A DNA stretch of 48,212 bases from Rhodanobacteraceae bacterium (lineage in GTDB: Bacteria > Pseudomonadota > Gammaproteobacteria > Xanthomonadales > Rhodanobacteraceae), in the NCBI GenBank assembly GCA_036845145.1, contig DAIUEL010000002.1, forward strand, positions 1 through 48,212, given 5' to 3'. Positions 7,066 to 16,881 of this stretch are shown here, in pieces. The notes beneath the pieces are model-generated. The model was not told the DNA's origin. It did no database searches and saw only the letters and a list, made by a program, of their open reading frames with translations. The position numbers and the translations under genes are program-made. Position 1 is the first letter of the stretch. Each line of letters starts with the position of its first letter.

Positions 7066-7567
7066 TCAAGTTCCGAGCTGCGCCAGTGCCCTTTTCAGCA
7101 ATGCGTCGTAAAGCTCCACCCGCAATCGCAAATTGACCAGCAGCACAGACATCCAGTAGAAGAATGCCAGCAAACCGAACAGCACGATTTGCCACCAACT
7201 GATTTGTAGCGGCCAGCTTGCATCCTTGAACTGAATGCCGATGGCGGCGAGCACAGGCAGGGCGCCGAGCTTGTCGATGCTGCCGATGAACACCGGCATC
7301 TTGCTGCGGTACCGATCGAGGCGATGAGGCGCGTAGTTCGCTCAGGGCGTGCAGACAGTCGCGTGGAAATGACCGTAGCCACGCGACGAGGCTTTGGTAG
7401 TGCAGCATGTCGAAATCCATGTCGCTTACCGCTTCGCGTCCCTGGCGGCCAGGCATCATTGCCTGGATGCTGGGGAGGGTCGCGCGCGCACTGAGAATCA
7501 GCCCGGCGATCTCGACAAGCCGAAGCGCCGCCGACACGGCCACGACCCATGGTCGGGGAGGCAGCAC
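7066..7567 (-). pseudogene. membrane protein of unknown function with an apparent frameshift near 7340
   Basis: Codon bias is good in one frame from a GTG at 7567 (VLPPRPWVVAVSAALRLVEIAGLILSA..MLHYQSLVAWLRSFPRDCLHALS). It then continues in another frame (ANYAPHRLDRYRSKMPVFIGSIDKLGALPVLAAIGIQF..WWQIVLFGLLAFFYWMSVLLV..) down to the stop at 7066. Sequencing error cannot be excluded. Confidence 0.4.
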
Positions 7568-7664
7568 GATGCGTAAACGCAATGCGCCACATAACGTAAC
7601 GCAAAGCGGTGCGGAAAGTCGGATCGGGCTGTCATCAGTGCGCGGATAACCGGCCGTGCTTGGT

Positions 7665-8279
7665 TTACTCGAACGATCCGGTTCGCACCTCGCCTTCACG
7701 GGCGTAGCGAGTGACGACCACGCCCTTGGGCGTGGCTTTCGACTCTTCGGGGCGGAACGCGCACGGCCGCGAGCCATCGTCGAACAGGCGCTTGCCGCGG
7801 CCGAGCAGGATGGGATAGACCAGCAGAAGCAGTTCGTCGACCAGATCGGTGGCCAGCAACTGGTGGACCAGATCGCTGCTGCCTTGCGTTACCAGGTCGG
7901 GGCCGTCGTTGCGCTTGAGTTCGCGTACTGTCGCGACGACGTCCGGTCCCAGCGCGCGGCTGTTCTGCCATGCGAGCGTATCGGGATGATGGGTGGCGAC
8001 GTGTTTGGTGGTCCCGTTGAATGCGTCGGCGATGCCGCGATGCGGCGCGTCTTCCGCCACGTGCGGCCAGTATGCGGCGAAGATGTCGTAGGTGCGGCGT
8101 CCGAGCAGCAACTCGAACGGCCGCTCGAATACGCCGCCCATTACTTCGTCGGTTTCGTCGGCGTACGGCCACACCCATCCGCCGTGGACGAAGCCACCGC
8201 TGGTGTCTTCCTGCGGTCCCCCGGGCGCCTGCATCACGCCATCGAGGCTGATGAACGCCGGGACGATGAGTTTGCGCAT
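7665..8279 (-). CDS. dihydrofolate reductase family protein (RibD C-terminal domain type)
   Basis: Motifs FISLDGVMQAPGGP, LLLGRRTYDIFAAYWP, GSSDLVHQLL and LLLVYPILLGRGKRLF. Length 204 aa. Confidence 0.9.
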   Translation of the reverse strand: MRKLIVPAFISLDGVMQAPGGPQEDTSGGFVHGGWVWPYADETDEVMGGVFERPFELLLGRRTYDIFAAYWPHVAEDAPHRGIADAFNGTTKHVATHHPDTLAWQNSRALGPDVVATVRELKRNDGPDLVTQGSSDLVHQLLATDLVDELLLLVYPILLGRGKRLFDDGSRPCAFRPEESKATPKGVVVTRYAREGEVRTGSFE

Positions 8280-8549
8280 GTCGGTGCTCCTCTACGATCG
8301 GATGTGCCACTTGGAAGGGCGACGATTGGCGGACCGTAGGATCGACAACGGCCGGATCGCATTCGCTCGAATCCATCGTTGGCGGAAATCCGAGTGGGCG
8401 GCGCCGGTCTTGTGGACGATGCAAGTTTGCCGACGTGCGGCCGGGCTTCCGCTCAGGCCTCGTTCATGGCAACGGCCCTATGCCGAACAGTAATGAAGGA
8501 GATCACGGTCCAGGCTGGACAGGGCAGGGCGGCGCAGGTGCGTCGCGGC

Positions 8550-9878
8550 ATGTTGCGCTTCCTGCCGGGGTTCTTCGCGATCGCGGTGCTGCTGGCACTC
8601 GCAGGCTGCGGGGCCAACGCGACCTTGCCGATCAAGACGCAGATGGGGACGAGTCCGCCGTTGCCGCCGCCCAATCCAGAAACGATCCCGACCGTGGACA
8701 TCGCCCCGGCCGAGGGCTGGAGCGCCGACATCAAACCAATAGCGGCACCGGGTTTCGAGGTCAGTGCTTTCGCGCGCGGTCTCGATCATCCGCGCTGGCT
8801 GTACGTGCTGCCGAATGGCGACGTGCTGGTTGCCGAGAGCAATGCCCCGGCCGAAGCGAAGGGCCTGGGCGGCCTGAAGGGCTGGGCGATGAAGCGGGTG
8901 ATGAAGCGCGCCGGTGCCGGCGTACCGAGTCCGGACCGCATCGTGCTGTTGCGCGACAGCGACGGCGACGGCGTCGCGGACGTCCGCAGCGTGTTCCTGG
9001 ATCACTTGCACTCGCCGTTCGGCATGGTGTTGCTGAAGGGATCGCTGTACATCGCCGACACCGATGCGCTGCTGCGCTTTCCGTATCGCGATGGCGAAAC
9101 GTCGATCACGGCACGCGCGGAGAAGGTGACCGACCTGCCCGCGGGCACGATCAACTACCACTGGACGAAGAACGTCGTGGCGGGGCCGAAGGGTGACCTG
9201 TTGTATGTCTCGATCGGATCGAACAGCAATGTCGGTGACCATGGCATGGCGGCGGAAGAGGGCCGCGCCCGCATCGTCGAGGTCGATCCCGCAACGGGCG
9301 ACAAGCGCATGTTCGCGTTCGGCATGCGCAATCCCGTCGGCATGGCCGTGCAGCCGGGAACGGACGCGCTGTGGGCTGTCGTCAACGAGCGCGACGAACT
9401 GGGCGGGGATCTCGTGCCCGATTACCTGACGCGCGTGACGCCCGGCGGTTTTTACGGCTGGCCGTACAGTTATTTCGGCCAGCACGTGGATCCCAGGGTG
9501 AAGCCGCAGCGTCCGGATCTCGTGGCGCGCGCGATCGTCCCCGATTACGCGCTCGGCTCGCACGTGGCGGCGCTGGGCCTTGCGTTTTACACCGGCGATC
9601 TTTTCCCGGCGCGCTACCGCGGCGGCGTGTTCATCGGCGAGCACGGCTCGTGGAACCGGCGTCCGCGCAGCGGCTACAAGGTCGTGTTCGTGCCGTTCGT
9701 CGACGCCAAGCCGGCCGGTCCGCCGGAAGACATCCTGACGGGATTTGTCGCTGCCGATGGCAAGGCGCGCGGGCGTCCGGTTGGTGTCGCCATCGATCAT
9801 GCCGGCGCGCTGCTGGTCGCCGACGATGTCGGCAACGTGGTCTGGCGCGTCACGCCGACGGCGCATGGCGGCGATTGA
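8550..9878 (+). CDS. PQQ-dependent sugar (sorbosone/glucose) dehydrogenase family lipoprotein
   Basis: Motifs RWLYVLPNGDVLVAE, GSNSNVGDHG, FAFGMRNPVGMA, GGFYGWPYSY and GEHGSWNR. The start at 8550 gives a lipoprotein signal (MLRFLPGFFAIAVLLALAGC). In-frame alternatives are at 8493 and 8379. Confidence 0.85.
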   Translation: MLRFLPGFFAIAVLLALAGCGANATLPIKTQMGTSPPLPPPNPETIPTVDIAPAEGWSADIKPIAAPGFEVSAFARGLDHPRWLYVLPNGDVLVAESNAPAEAKGLGGLKGWAMKRVMKRAGAGVPSPDRIVLLRDSDGDGVADVRSVFLDHLHSPFGMVLLKGSLYIADTDALLRFPYRDGETSITARAEKVTDLPAGTINYHWTKNVVAGPKGDLLYVSIGSNSNVGDHGMAAEEGRARIVEVDPATGDKRMFAFGMRNPVGMAVQPGTDALWAVVNERDELGGDLVPDYLTRVTPGGFYGWPYSYFGQHVDPRVKPQRPDLVARAIVPDYALGSHVAALGLAFYTGDLFPARYRGGVFIGEHGSWNRRPRSGYKVVFVPFVDAKPAGPPEDILTGFVAADGKARGRPVGVAIDHAGALLVADDVGNVVWRVTPTAHGGD

Positions 9879-10107
9879 GGTACGCGTCGAACGGGGCTCA
9901 CGCTCCAGGCTTCGGACCCGGACCACATACGCACTGGTGCCGCGCAGTCCGCGCGGGCGCAGCGCACCTGGCCCGAGATTTCAGAAACTTTCAGATTTTT
10001 TGCAGGACTCGCCGATCCTTCCCGGCCATGGTGCCTGAACCGCCGGAGGGGTCTGGCGGTGGTGCCCATCGGGCACGCGCCTCCATCCACTTTCAGGAAG
10101 AACGGCA

Positions 10108-11385
10108 ATGTCCAGATCGCCAACGACAGTCGGAAACCGTTTGCGTGTTTCGGGTTGCGCGCAGGAAGGCGTTGGAAAACGACCTTCGCCTGCGGCGAGG
10201 TTGTGGGCGCGCCTGACGCGCCGCCGCGGCGCCTTCGTTGCTGCCCTGGCGCTGGCTACAGGCGCGACCACGCCTGCGACCGCATTCGCGCAGGCCCAGT
10301 GCACGCCGATCCTCAGCGGGCTGCGTTTGCCGGTGGCCAGCCTCATGACCCATCAGGGCCATCTGCTGATCGCGGAATCCGGAGACGGCACCGCCGGTTC
10401 CGGCCGGATTTCCATCCTCGACAAGGACGGGACCCTGCGCACGCTGCTCCGGGGATTGCCATCCGGCCCGGCCGACGTTGGCACGCCCTCCGGTCCCAGC
10501 GGGATATTCATGCGGGGACGCAGCCTGTATCTCGCGATGGGGACCGGCGACACGGGAATCCTGGGACCGCGCCCCGGCACGACGCTGGTCAATCCGAACG
10601 GGCCCTCCTCGCCGATCTTCAGCTCGGTACTGGCGATCAGCTTCACTCCGGGCGCGGAGATGCAGACGACCGGATTCACCATGACCCGGGCCAACCAGCA
10701 GGCGCTCGCCAACGGCCAGTTCGTGATGCTGACCGACAGCCGCGGCTACGTGATGGTCATCCGCATGCTGACGAATTTCCCCGAGTACGTGGCGTCGCCG
10801 CTGCCGGATGTACCCGACAACATCAGCCTTTCGAACCCGTTCGGCATCGTTGGATTTGGACGATGGCTCTTCGTCACCGACGGCGGACGCAACCTCGCGT
10901 GGAAGGTCGATGCGTTGAACGGTGCACAGACGGAATTCGTCAGCTACCCGAACGTACCTAACCCGATGTTCCCGGCCGTCGGCGGACCGTCCATCCAGGC
11001 CGTGCCGACCGGCATTACCGAGTGGCGGGGCAAGTTGCTGTTGGCACGGTTCACCGGCGCGCCGTTCGCGACCGGCGTTTCCAGCATCGAACGGATCGAT
11101 CCGGTCACCGGCGAAGATACGCGCCTGATCTCCAACCTCACGACGGCGATCGGCACGATTCCGTTGCGCCAGGGACACCAGCCGCTGCTGGTGCTGGAGA
11201 TGGCCGCCAGCGGGCCGTTCTTCAGCGGGCCCGGCACGATATTGAAGTTCGATGATCCGGCGGGTGCACCGACCACGGTCGCGAGCTGCCTGGTCGGGCC
11301 CACGTCGATGACGTACGACCGCTCGACCCATACGCTGTATGTCACCGAGGAAGAAGGCAACCTCGTAAGCGTTCCGTATCCGTAA
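10108..11385 (+). CDS. secreted beta-propeller-like protein (ScyD/ScyE-like) with Tat-type signal
   Basis: AGGAAG precedes the ATG. A twin-arginine signal is present: RLTRRRGAFVAALALATGATTPATAFA. Repeated Gly/Pro-rich strand motifs follow. The family assignment is from memory only. Confidence 0.7.
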   Translation: MSRSPTTVGNRLRVSGCAQEGVGKRPSPAARLWARLTRRRGAFVAALALATGATTPATAFAQAQCTPILSGLRLPVASLMTHQGHLLIAESGDGTAGSGRISILDKDGTLRTLLRGLPSGPADVGTPSGPSGIFMRGRSLYLAMGTGDTGILGPRPGTTLVNPNGPSSPIFSSVLAISFTPGAEMQTTGFTMTRANQQALANGQFVMLTDSRGYVMVIRMLTNFPEYVASPLPDVPDNISLSNPFGIVGFGRWLFVTDGGRNLAWKVDALNGAQTEFVSYPNVPNPMFPAVGGPSIQAVPTGITEWRGKLLLARFTGAPFATGVSSIERIDPVTGEDTRLISNLTTAIGTIPLRQGHQPLLVLEMAASGPFFSGPGTILKFDDPAGAPTTVASCLVGPTSMTYDRSTHTLYVTEEEGNLVSVPYP

Positions 11386-11402
11386 GCCGGCAACCCAAGC
11401 GG

Positions 11403-11429
11403 GAACCGGGCCAGGGACGGGCCCGGTTC
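11403..11429. terminator. GC-rich hairpin between convergent genes
   Basis: gaaccgggcc-agggacg-ggcccggttc forms a 10-bp perfect stem. It lies 18 nt after the + strand stop at 11385 and upstream of the - strand stop at 11645. No clear U-tract. Confidence 0.45.
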
Positions 11430-11644
11430 GGAGAGGATCGCTTCCATCGACTGCCAGCTTGGACGGCGTGGCGTCGAATGCGAACTACGGGATTCCGTGC
11501 GCGTCGGCGGCGGTGAATTGCATCTGCTCCATCAGTGCACGGAAGCGTGGATGTGGGCGCAGGTTGTTTCAGCGCGCTTCAATTCGAATGAGGGTTATGC
11601 GCACGTTGGCAAGTGGCGACGTGCGGTGTCGAGGAGGAGGCGCG

Positions 11645-13963
11645 TCAGTCACAGGCTTGCAGCACGCCGGTGGGTGCCGCATCCGCGGGCCAGTTCGCCG
11701 CGGTCAGCGTTACCTTGCCTTGGCCCTGGAACGACGTTGCCGAGTGGCCCAACTGCAATAGAAAAGCGCCGGCCGGCCGCTGCCAACGCTGGCCCCGGCT
11801 GTCGAAGTCCACCAGCAGGCGTGGGTCGGCGGTGACCGTCAGGTGCGCGGACTGGCCCGGCTTCAAGGCTACACGGCACCAGCCCGCCAGTCGCCTCACC
11901 CTGCCCGCGCCGGGCTGGGTCACGTAGAGCTGCGGCACGTCGATGCCTTCGCGCGAGCCGTGGTTGGTGACGGTGAACGAGGCCGTGACTTGGCCGCCTT
12001 TCAGGTGTGCTTCGAAACCGCTGTATTCGAATTGCGTATAGGTGAGGCCGTAGCCGAACGGAAACAGCGGTTCGAAGTGCTTGCGCTGATACCAGCGGTA
12101 ACCCACGTCGGCGCCTTCGATGTTGTAGTCCACATCCTGCGCCGGTTTGCCGCGCGGCGGCAGGCCGATGGCGGCGAGGCCCGCGCCGGGAATTTGCGGG
12201 CGCGGCAATTGCGATGCGTCGCGCGGCCAGCTCACCGGCAGGCGGCCGGATGGATTGACCTCGCCATACAGCAGCCGCGCGATCGACTCGCCGCCGGCCG
12301 CGCCGGGGTACCACGCTTCCAGCACTGCACCGACCTGGGTCAGCCACGGCATCGCGACGGGGCCGTTGGTTTCCAGCACGACGATGGTGCGTGGGTTCGC
12401 CTTGGCGACGGCTTCGACCAGCGCATCCTGGTTGTCGGGCAGCGCGAGTGTCGGCAGGTCGAAACTTTCCGCCGCCCACTGTTCGACGAATACCACCGCC
12501 ACGTCCGAGCGAGCCGCGAGTTGCGCGGCGGCGGCTATGTCCTTGCCGTCGGCGAAGATCACCTTGCTGTGCGCGCGCTTTTCAATCGCTGCCAGCGGTG
12601 CCGAAGGCTGGTAGATGCGCGGACCCGGCCAGTCGACGGGTTCCGCGCCCGGCACCGCGTTGCCCTGCGGCGACTGCACCGCCGAGGAACCGCCGCCGGT
12701 CAGCACCCCCCTGTCGGCGTGGCCGCCGATCACCGCCACGGATTGAGCGGCCGACAGCGGCAGCAACGAATCCCGGTTGCGCAGCAGCACCGCGCCGGCC
12801 TCCGCGACGCGCTGCGCCACCTTGCGGTCGGCGTCGAAGTCGATGGGCGCCGGTTTGGCCGGATGGTCGATCACGCCGGCCGCGAACAGGCTGCGCAGGA
12901 TGCGCCGCGCCATGTCGTCGATGCGCGATTGCGGCACTTCGCCGGAAGCCACTGCGGCGCGCAGCGGCTTGTCGAAATACACCTCCTTGTCGAACGTTTC
13001 TCCGGCCGACTCCTGGTCCAGTCCCGCCAACGCAGATTTCGCGGCGCTGTGCGCGGCGCCCCAATCCGACATCACGAAGCCTTTGTAGTGCCAGTCGTGC
13101 TTCAGCACCTGATCGAGCAGCCATTCGTTCTCGCAGGCGTACACGGAATTGATGCGGTTGTAGGAGCACATCACCGAACCGGGATGCCCGATCTCGATCG
13201 CGATCTCGAAGGCGAGCAGATCCGACTCGCGCGCCGCGGCACGATCGATGTTCGCGCTCAGGGTGTTGCGGGCAGTTTCGAGATCGTTGAGCGCGAAGTG
13301 CTTGATGGTGGAGACGACGTGCTGGCTCTGGATGCCGGCGATCGCGTTGCCGACGATCATGCCGGCCAGCAGCGGGTCTTCGCCCGCGTATTCGAAGTTG
13401 CGGCCGTTGCGCGGATCGCGCACCAGGTCCGCGCCGCCGGCGAGCATCACGTTGAAGCCGCGGCGATGCGCTTCGCCGCCGATCATCGCGCCGCCTTCGT
13501 AAGCCAGCGCCGGATCGAAACTGGCCGCGGTCGCGAGGCCCGACGGCAGCGCGGTGGCGCCGACATCGAGCGGCTTGGCGACACCAAGACCCGCATCGCT
13601 TTCCTGGATCGCCGGCAGGCCAAGTCGCGTGATGGCCGGCTGGTAACCGGCCGAGCCCAGCGCACCCGCAGGTCTCGGATGACGATCGCCGTATTCGGTG
13701 CGGAGCAAGCGGAATTTTTCCTCCTGCGTCATCGCCTGCAGCACCAACTCGGCGCGCTGGTCAGGCGAGAGATCGGGATTCATCCCTGGGTGTGCATCGG
13801 CTTCGCGCATGGGAACCATCCTGTTCCGTTTCGCGGTGCCTTGCATGACGTTGCCCGCGTCGTGTCCAGGCGGCGTTGCGGCGAAGCTTGCAGTGGAAAC
13901 CATGCAAGTGAACGCCGTGTACAGAGCGGCTGTCGCGGCGAAGGAAGTGCGGTTGAAGGCCAT
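11645..13963 (-). CDS. bglX: glycoside hydrolase family 3 beta-glucosidase, secreted
   Basis: Signal peptide MAFNRTSFAATAALYTAFTCMVSTASFAA. GH3 motifs KHFALNDLE and GFVMSDWGA (nucleophile Asp). A C-terminal fibronectin-like domain is present. Length 772 aa. Confidence 0.92.
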   Translation of the reverse strand: MAFNRTSFAATAALYTAFTCMVSTASFAATPPGHDAGNVMQGTAKRNRMVPMREADAHPGMNPDLSPDQRAELVLQAMTQEEKFRLLRTEYGDRHPRPAGALGSAGYQPAITRLGLPAIQESDAGLGVAKPLDVGATALPSGLATAASFDPALAYEGGAMIGGEAHRRGFNVMLAGGADLVRDPRNGRNFEYAGEDPLLAGMIVGNAIAGIQSQHVVSTIKHFALNDLETARNTLSANIDRAAARESDLLAFEIAIEIGHPGSVMCSYNRINSVYACENEWLLDQVLKHDWHYKGFVMSDWGAAHSAAKSALAGLDQESAGETFDKEVYFDKPLRAAVASGEVPQSRIDDMARRILRSLFAAGVIDHPAKPAPIDFDADRKVAQRVAEAGAVLLRNRDSLLPLSAAQSVAVIGGHADRGVLTGGGSSAVQSPQGNAVPGAEPVDWPGPRIYQPSAPLAAIEKRAHSKVIFADGKDIAAAAQLAARSDVAVVFVEQWAAESFDLPTLALPDNQDALVEAVAKANPRTIVVLETNGPVAMPWLTQVGAVLEAWYPGAAGGESIARLLYGEVNPSGRLPVSWPRDASQLPRPQIPGAGLAAIGLPPRGKPAQDVDYNIEGADVGYRWYQRKHFEPLFPFGYGLTYTQFEYSGFEAHLKGGQVTASFTVTNHGSREGIDVPQLYVTQPGAGRVRRLAGWCRVALKPGQSAHLTVTADPRLLVDFDSRGQRWQRPAGAFLLQLGHSATSFQGQGKVTLTAANWPADAAPTGVLQACD

Positions 13964-14061
13964 TCGATCGGACAGCGTCGGAATGCTCTGGTAGGTTGGT
14001 GCTGAGCGCAGCGAAGCCCAACGTGGATTGCGGCTACTCGCCCATCATGGACTCGACCGGC

Positions 14062-14100
14062 GTTGGGCTTCTCCCGGAACAAGTACGGGAGAAGCCCAAC
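14062..14100 (-). terminator. perfect 15-bp hairpin downstream of sodC
   Basis: gttgggcttctcccg-gaacaagta-cgggagaagcccaac lies 13 nt after the sodC stop. No U-tract on either strand. Confidence 0.5.
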
Positions 14101-14112
14101 CTGCGCTACGAC

Positions 14113-14724
14113 TCAATCGCGGGTAATCACGCCGCAGGCGATGCGCGCGCCGGAATTTCCGGACGGCTGGCTGCTGTAATCGTCGGGTTGTGCATGCACG
14201 ATCACCGCGTCGCCCAGGATGTCGGTGTTGCCGCCGGTGCCGAGCTGGATGTCTTTCGCCAGCACGTCGACCGTGGCGACACCCTCGGCGTTCGCCTGCT
14301 GGTTGGGGAGATCGCCTGCGTGGCGTTGCCCCGCGTCGGGATGGCCGTGCGGCTGTTGCGTCGGATTGAAATGACCCCCGGCGCTGCTGGCATCCGGCGT
14401 GCTGCAGTCGCCGTGTTCGTGGATGTGGAAACCGTGGGTGCTGTCGGGTTTGAGCCCGGTGATGCGGCCAGTGATGCGGACGCCCTGGTCGGTGCCGGCG
14501 AACGAAAGCGTGCCGGAAACATCGCTGTTGCTGGCCGACGCGAGCACGGCGTGCGCGCGGGCCGAAGAACCCGCCGGTGCGGGCGATGCCATGGGCGATG
14601 ACGCAGGAGATGCTGCAGTCGTGGCAGGTGCGGCGGGCGATGCCGGTGCCCCCTGGTTATCGTTGGCGCATCCCGCCAGCAAGGCGACGGATGCGAATGC
14701 AAGCAACGCAGTGATTCGTGTCAT
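14113..14724 (-). CDS. sodC: Cu/Zn superoxide dismutase, lipoprotein
   Basis: Lipobox LLAGC. Motifs HGFHIHEHGDCS, GGHFNP, HAGDLPN and GARIACGVI. Confidence 0.93.
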   Translation of the reverse strand: MTRITALLAFASVALLAGCANDNQGAPASPAAPATTAASPASSPMASPAPAGSSARAHAVLASASNSDVSGTLSFAGTDQGVRITGRITGLKPDSTHGFHIHEHGDCSTPDASSAGGHFNPTQQPHGHPDAGQRHAGDLPNQQANAEGVATVDVLAKDIQLGTGGNTDILGDAVIVHAQPDDYSSQPSGNSGARIACGVITRD

Positions 14725-14821
14725 GGGATCGTCCTTTCGAGCCAGGATCGTCCGAGGGTAATGGCCCCGTCCAGACGCGCCGTCAATATTCCGTTAGGAA
14801 GTCCAACCGGCGCATCGTGTT

Positions 14822-16621
14822 TCACCCGGCAGGCCACAGCAGCGGCGCCAGCCACGCCACGGCGACGCCCAGCAACAGGGTCAGCGGCGTACCCACGCGC
14901 ACGAAATCGACGAAGCGGTAGTGACCAGGCTCGTACACCAGCAGGTTGCCGTGGTGGCCGATCGGGGTCAGAAACGCCACTACCGCTCCCATCGCGACGC
15001 TGAACACCATGGCGAAGGCCGACATGTGGAGCAGGCCGGCCATGCCCAGCGCGACCGGTCCCAGCAGGATGGTGGTCGCGGTATCGGACAGGATCTGGGT
15101 GAAGAGGGCGGCGGTCAGGAACAGCGCCAGCAGCACCCAGGTCGGCGACCAGCCGGACACGAATACGGAGAGCCAGTCCGCGAACAACGCTGCGGTGCCG
15201 GTCTGTTCCATCGCAAGTCCCAGCGGAATCGCGCCGGCGATGAACACGAAGATGCGCAGCTCCACCGACTCGTAGGCCTGCTTCAACGTCAGGCAACGGG
15301 TGACAACCATCGCCGCCGCCCCGCTCAGGAACGAGACGGCGACCGGCAGCACGCCCGAGGCTGCGCCCGCCACGCTGAGCGCCATGATCAGGGCCGCGAG
15401 CCAGCCGCGGCCGCGTACCTGGGCGCGGCCCGAGAACGGCACCAGCAGCAGGAACGAGGGATTGCGGGCGAGCTGGTCCAGCGCGCTCTTGTCGCCCCAC
15501 AGCACCATCAGGTCACCGGCCTCGAGCTTGATCTTGGACAGCTCCTGGCGGATGAAGCCGCGCTTGCGCCACAGCCCGACCACCACCACGCCGTAGCGAC
15601 GCAGGAAGTCGACGTTGCCGATGGTGCGCCCGACCAGCCCGGAGTCGGGGGCGACGACGGCCTGCACCAGGCGTTCGTCCTCTTCCCGCGCGGCGCGGCG
15701 GTCGTCGCCGATTTCGTCGCCATATTGGACCACCGCGCTCAGTGCGAGGCCTTGTTGTTCTTTCAACGCCGCCAGTTCGTCCGGACTGGCGCGCACCAGC
15801 AGCAGGTCGCCCGCGGCCAGCAGCTTGCGTCGCCAGGGTTTCCGGCGCGAGCTGCCGTGCCGCAGCCAGTCCACCACCCGGAAGCGCTCGGCGTGCTCCT
15901 TGCCGAAATCGCGCATCGATTTGCCGACGTGCGGCGAAGCCTCGAGCACCACCAGCTCGGTGTAATAGCGTTCCAGGCGAAAACGATCCTCGCCGCCGCT
16001 GCTGCCCTCGTGGCTCGGCAGCAGCCAGCGTCCGAAAAACAACATGTACGCGGTGCCGATCAGCGTCAGCACGATGCCCATTGGCGCGATCGAGAAGATG
16101 CCGACGTCATGCGCGCCACCACGCTCGAGCAGATCGCGCGCGACCAGGAAAGCCGGTGCCGCGATCACCGTCACGGTGGTGCCCAGCGATGCGGCGAAGG
16201 CCATCGGCATCATCAGCCGCGAGGCCGGCAGGTCGTGCGAGCGGTTGAGCTCCAGGATCACCGGCAGCATCATCGCCGTGATCATCAGGTGGTGGCTGAA
16301 GGCGGCCATCAACGCCACGCAGGGCATGATCACCAGCACCGCGCGCCAGATGCTGCTGCCGGCCATGCGTCCAATCCATGCGCCCAGCAGGCCGGTCACC
16401 CCGGTCTGTGCCAGCCCCGCCGACAGCACGAACATGGATGCCACGAGGATTGCCGGGTCGCTGGAGAAGCCCGACAGCGCGTCAGCGGGGTTGAGGAGGC
16501 CGGTGCCGGCCAATGCCACCACGACGAGCACGCCGGTGAGATCGATGCGCACCCATTCGGTGACCAGCAGGACCAGCGCTGCCGCGAGGATCACCAGAAA
16601 CACGATCTGCTGGAATTCCAT
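14822..16621 (-). CDS. SLC13/DASS-family permease with central TrkA-C (RCK_C) domains
   Basis: Multi-TM N- and C-halves flank two soluble segments: LVVLEASPHVGKSMRDF..LLLVRASPDEL and QAVVAPDSGLVGRTIGNVDF..GDLMVLWGDK. ATG start at 16621; the GTG at 16648 is an alternative. Confidence 0.88.
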   Translation of the reverse strand: MEFQQIVFLVILAAALVLLVTEWVRIDLTGVLVVVALAGTGLLNPADALSGFSSDPAILVASMFVLSAGLAQTGVTGLLGAWIGRMAGSSIWRAVLVIMPCVALMAAFSHHLMITAMMLPVILELNRSHDLPASRLMMPMAFAASLGTTVTVIAAPAFLVARDLLERGGAHDVGIFSIAPMGIVLTLIGTAYMLFFGRWLLPSHEGSSGGEDRFRLERYYTELVVLEASPHVGKSMRDFGKEHAERFRVVDWLRHGSSRRKPWRRKLLAAGDLLLVRASPDELAALKEQQGLALSAVVQYGDEIGDDRRAAREEDERLVQAVVAPDSGLVGRTIGNVDFLRRYGVVVVGLWRKRGFIRQELSKIKLEAGDLMVLWGDKSALDQLARNPSFLLLVPFSGRAQVRGRGWLAALIMALSVAGAASGVLPVAVSFLSGAAAMVVTRCLTLKQAYESVELRIFVFIAGAIPLGLAMEQTGTAALFADWLSVFVSGWSPTWVLLALFLTAALFTQILSDTATTILLGPVALGMAGLLHMSAFAMVFSVAMGAVVAFLTPIGHHGNLLVYEPGHYRFVDFVRVGTPLTLLLGVAVAWLAPLLWPAG

Positions 16622-16674
16622 GCCGGGAGATTCGTCGTGGCGGTCCACTCGATGGTAGCGGTAGCCAAGCGAGC

Positions 16675-16806
16675 ATGGTGAAGCACGAGGAAATCGGCAC
16701 CCGCACGCGCGGCGGGCGCTGCCCGGTGCACGTTTTCACGCCGGACGGCGCTTCGCACGGCTGGATGAAACCCGACTTTCCGGTGTACGACGAAGCCGCG
16801 GCGTAA
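16675..16806 (+). pseudogene. possible internally deleted dienelactone hydrolase remnant (43 codons)
   Basis: MVKHEEIGTRTRGGRCPVHVFTPDGA|SHGWMKPDFPVYDEAAA looks like the N-terminal strand and the C-terminal HG..Y[DN]..AA tail of dienelactone hydrolases joined together. Assessed by eye only. Confidence 0.3.
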
Positions 16807-16881
16807 CGCGATCGGTCCGAAATATCGGCGTTGTTCAGCCGTGCACTGAGATAGGCGAAGGCCGCACGTCGGTCCGCGTTG

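Noticed and set aside
6174-7136. 320-aa plus-strand ORF
   Set aside because: Antisense shadow of xthA with no motifs and an Arg/Ala/Pro-rich composition.
8478-9926. 482-aa minus-strand ORF
   Set aside because: Antisense to the PQQ-type dehydrogenase gene, with typical high-GC shadow composition.
11460-11545. Minus-strand peptide ..LRPHPRFRALMEQMQFTAADAHGIP*, reminiscent of the C-terminal tail of TPR-type regulators
   Set aside because: Only ~27 codons follow an in-frame stop. It is too short to support even a pseudogene call.
11843-14005. 720-aa plus-strand ORF
   Set aside because: Antisense to the GH3 beta-glucosidase, which has clear family motifs.
14921-16681. 586-aa plus-strand ORF
   Set aside because: Antisense to the SLC13 permease. 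It is extremely Arg/His/Gln/Gly-rich.
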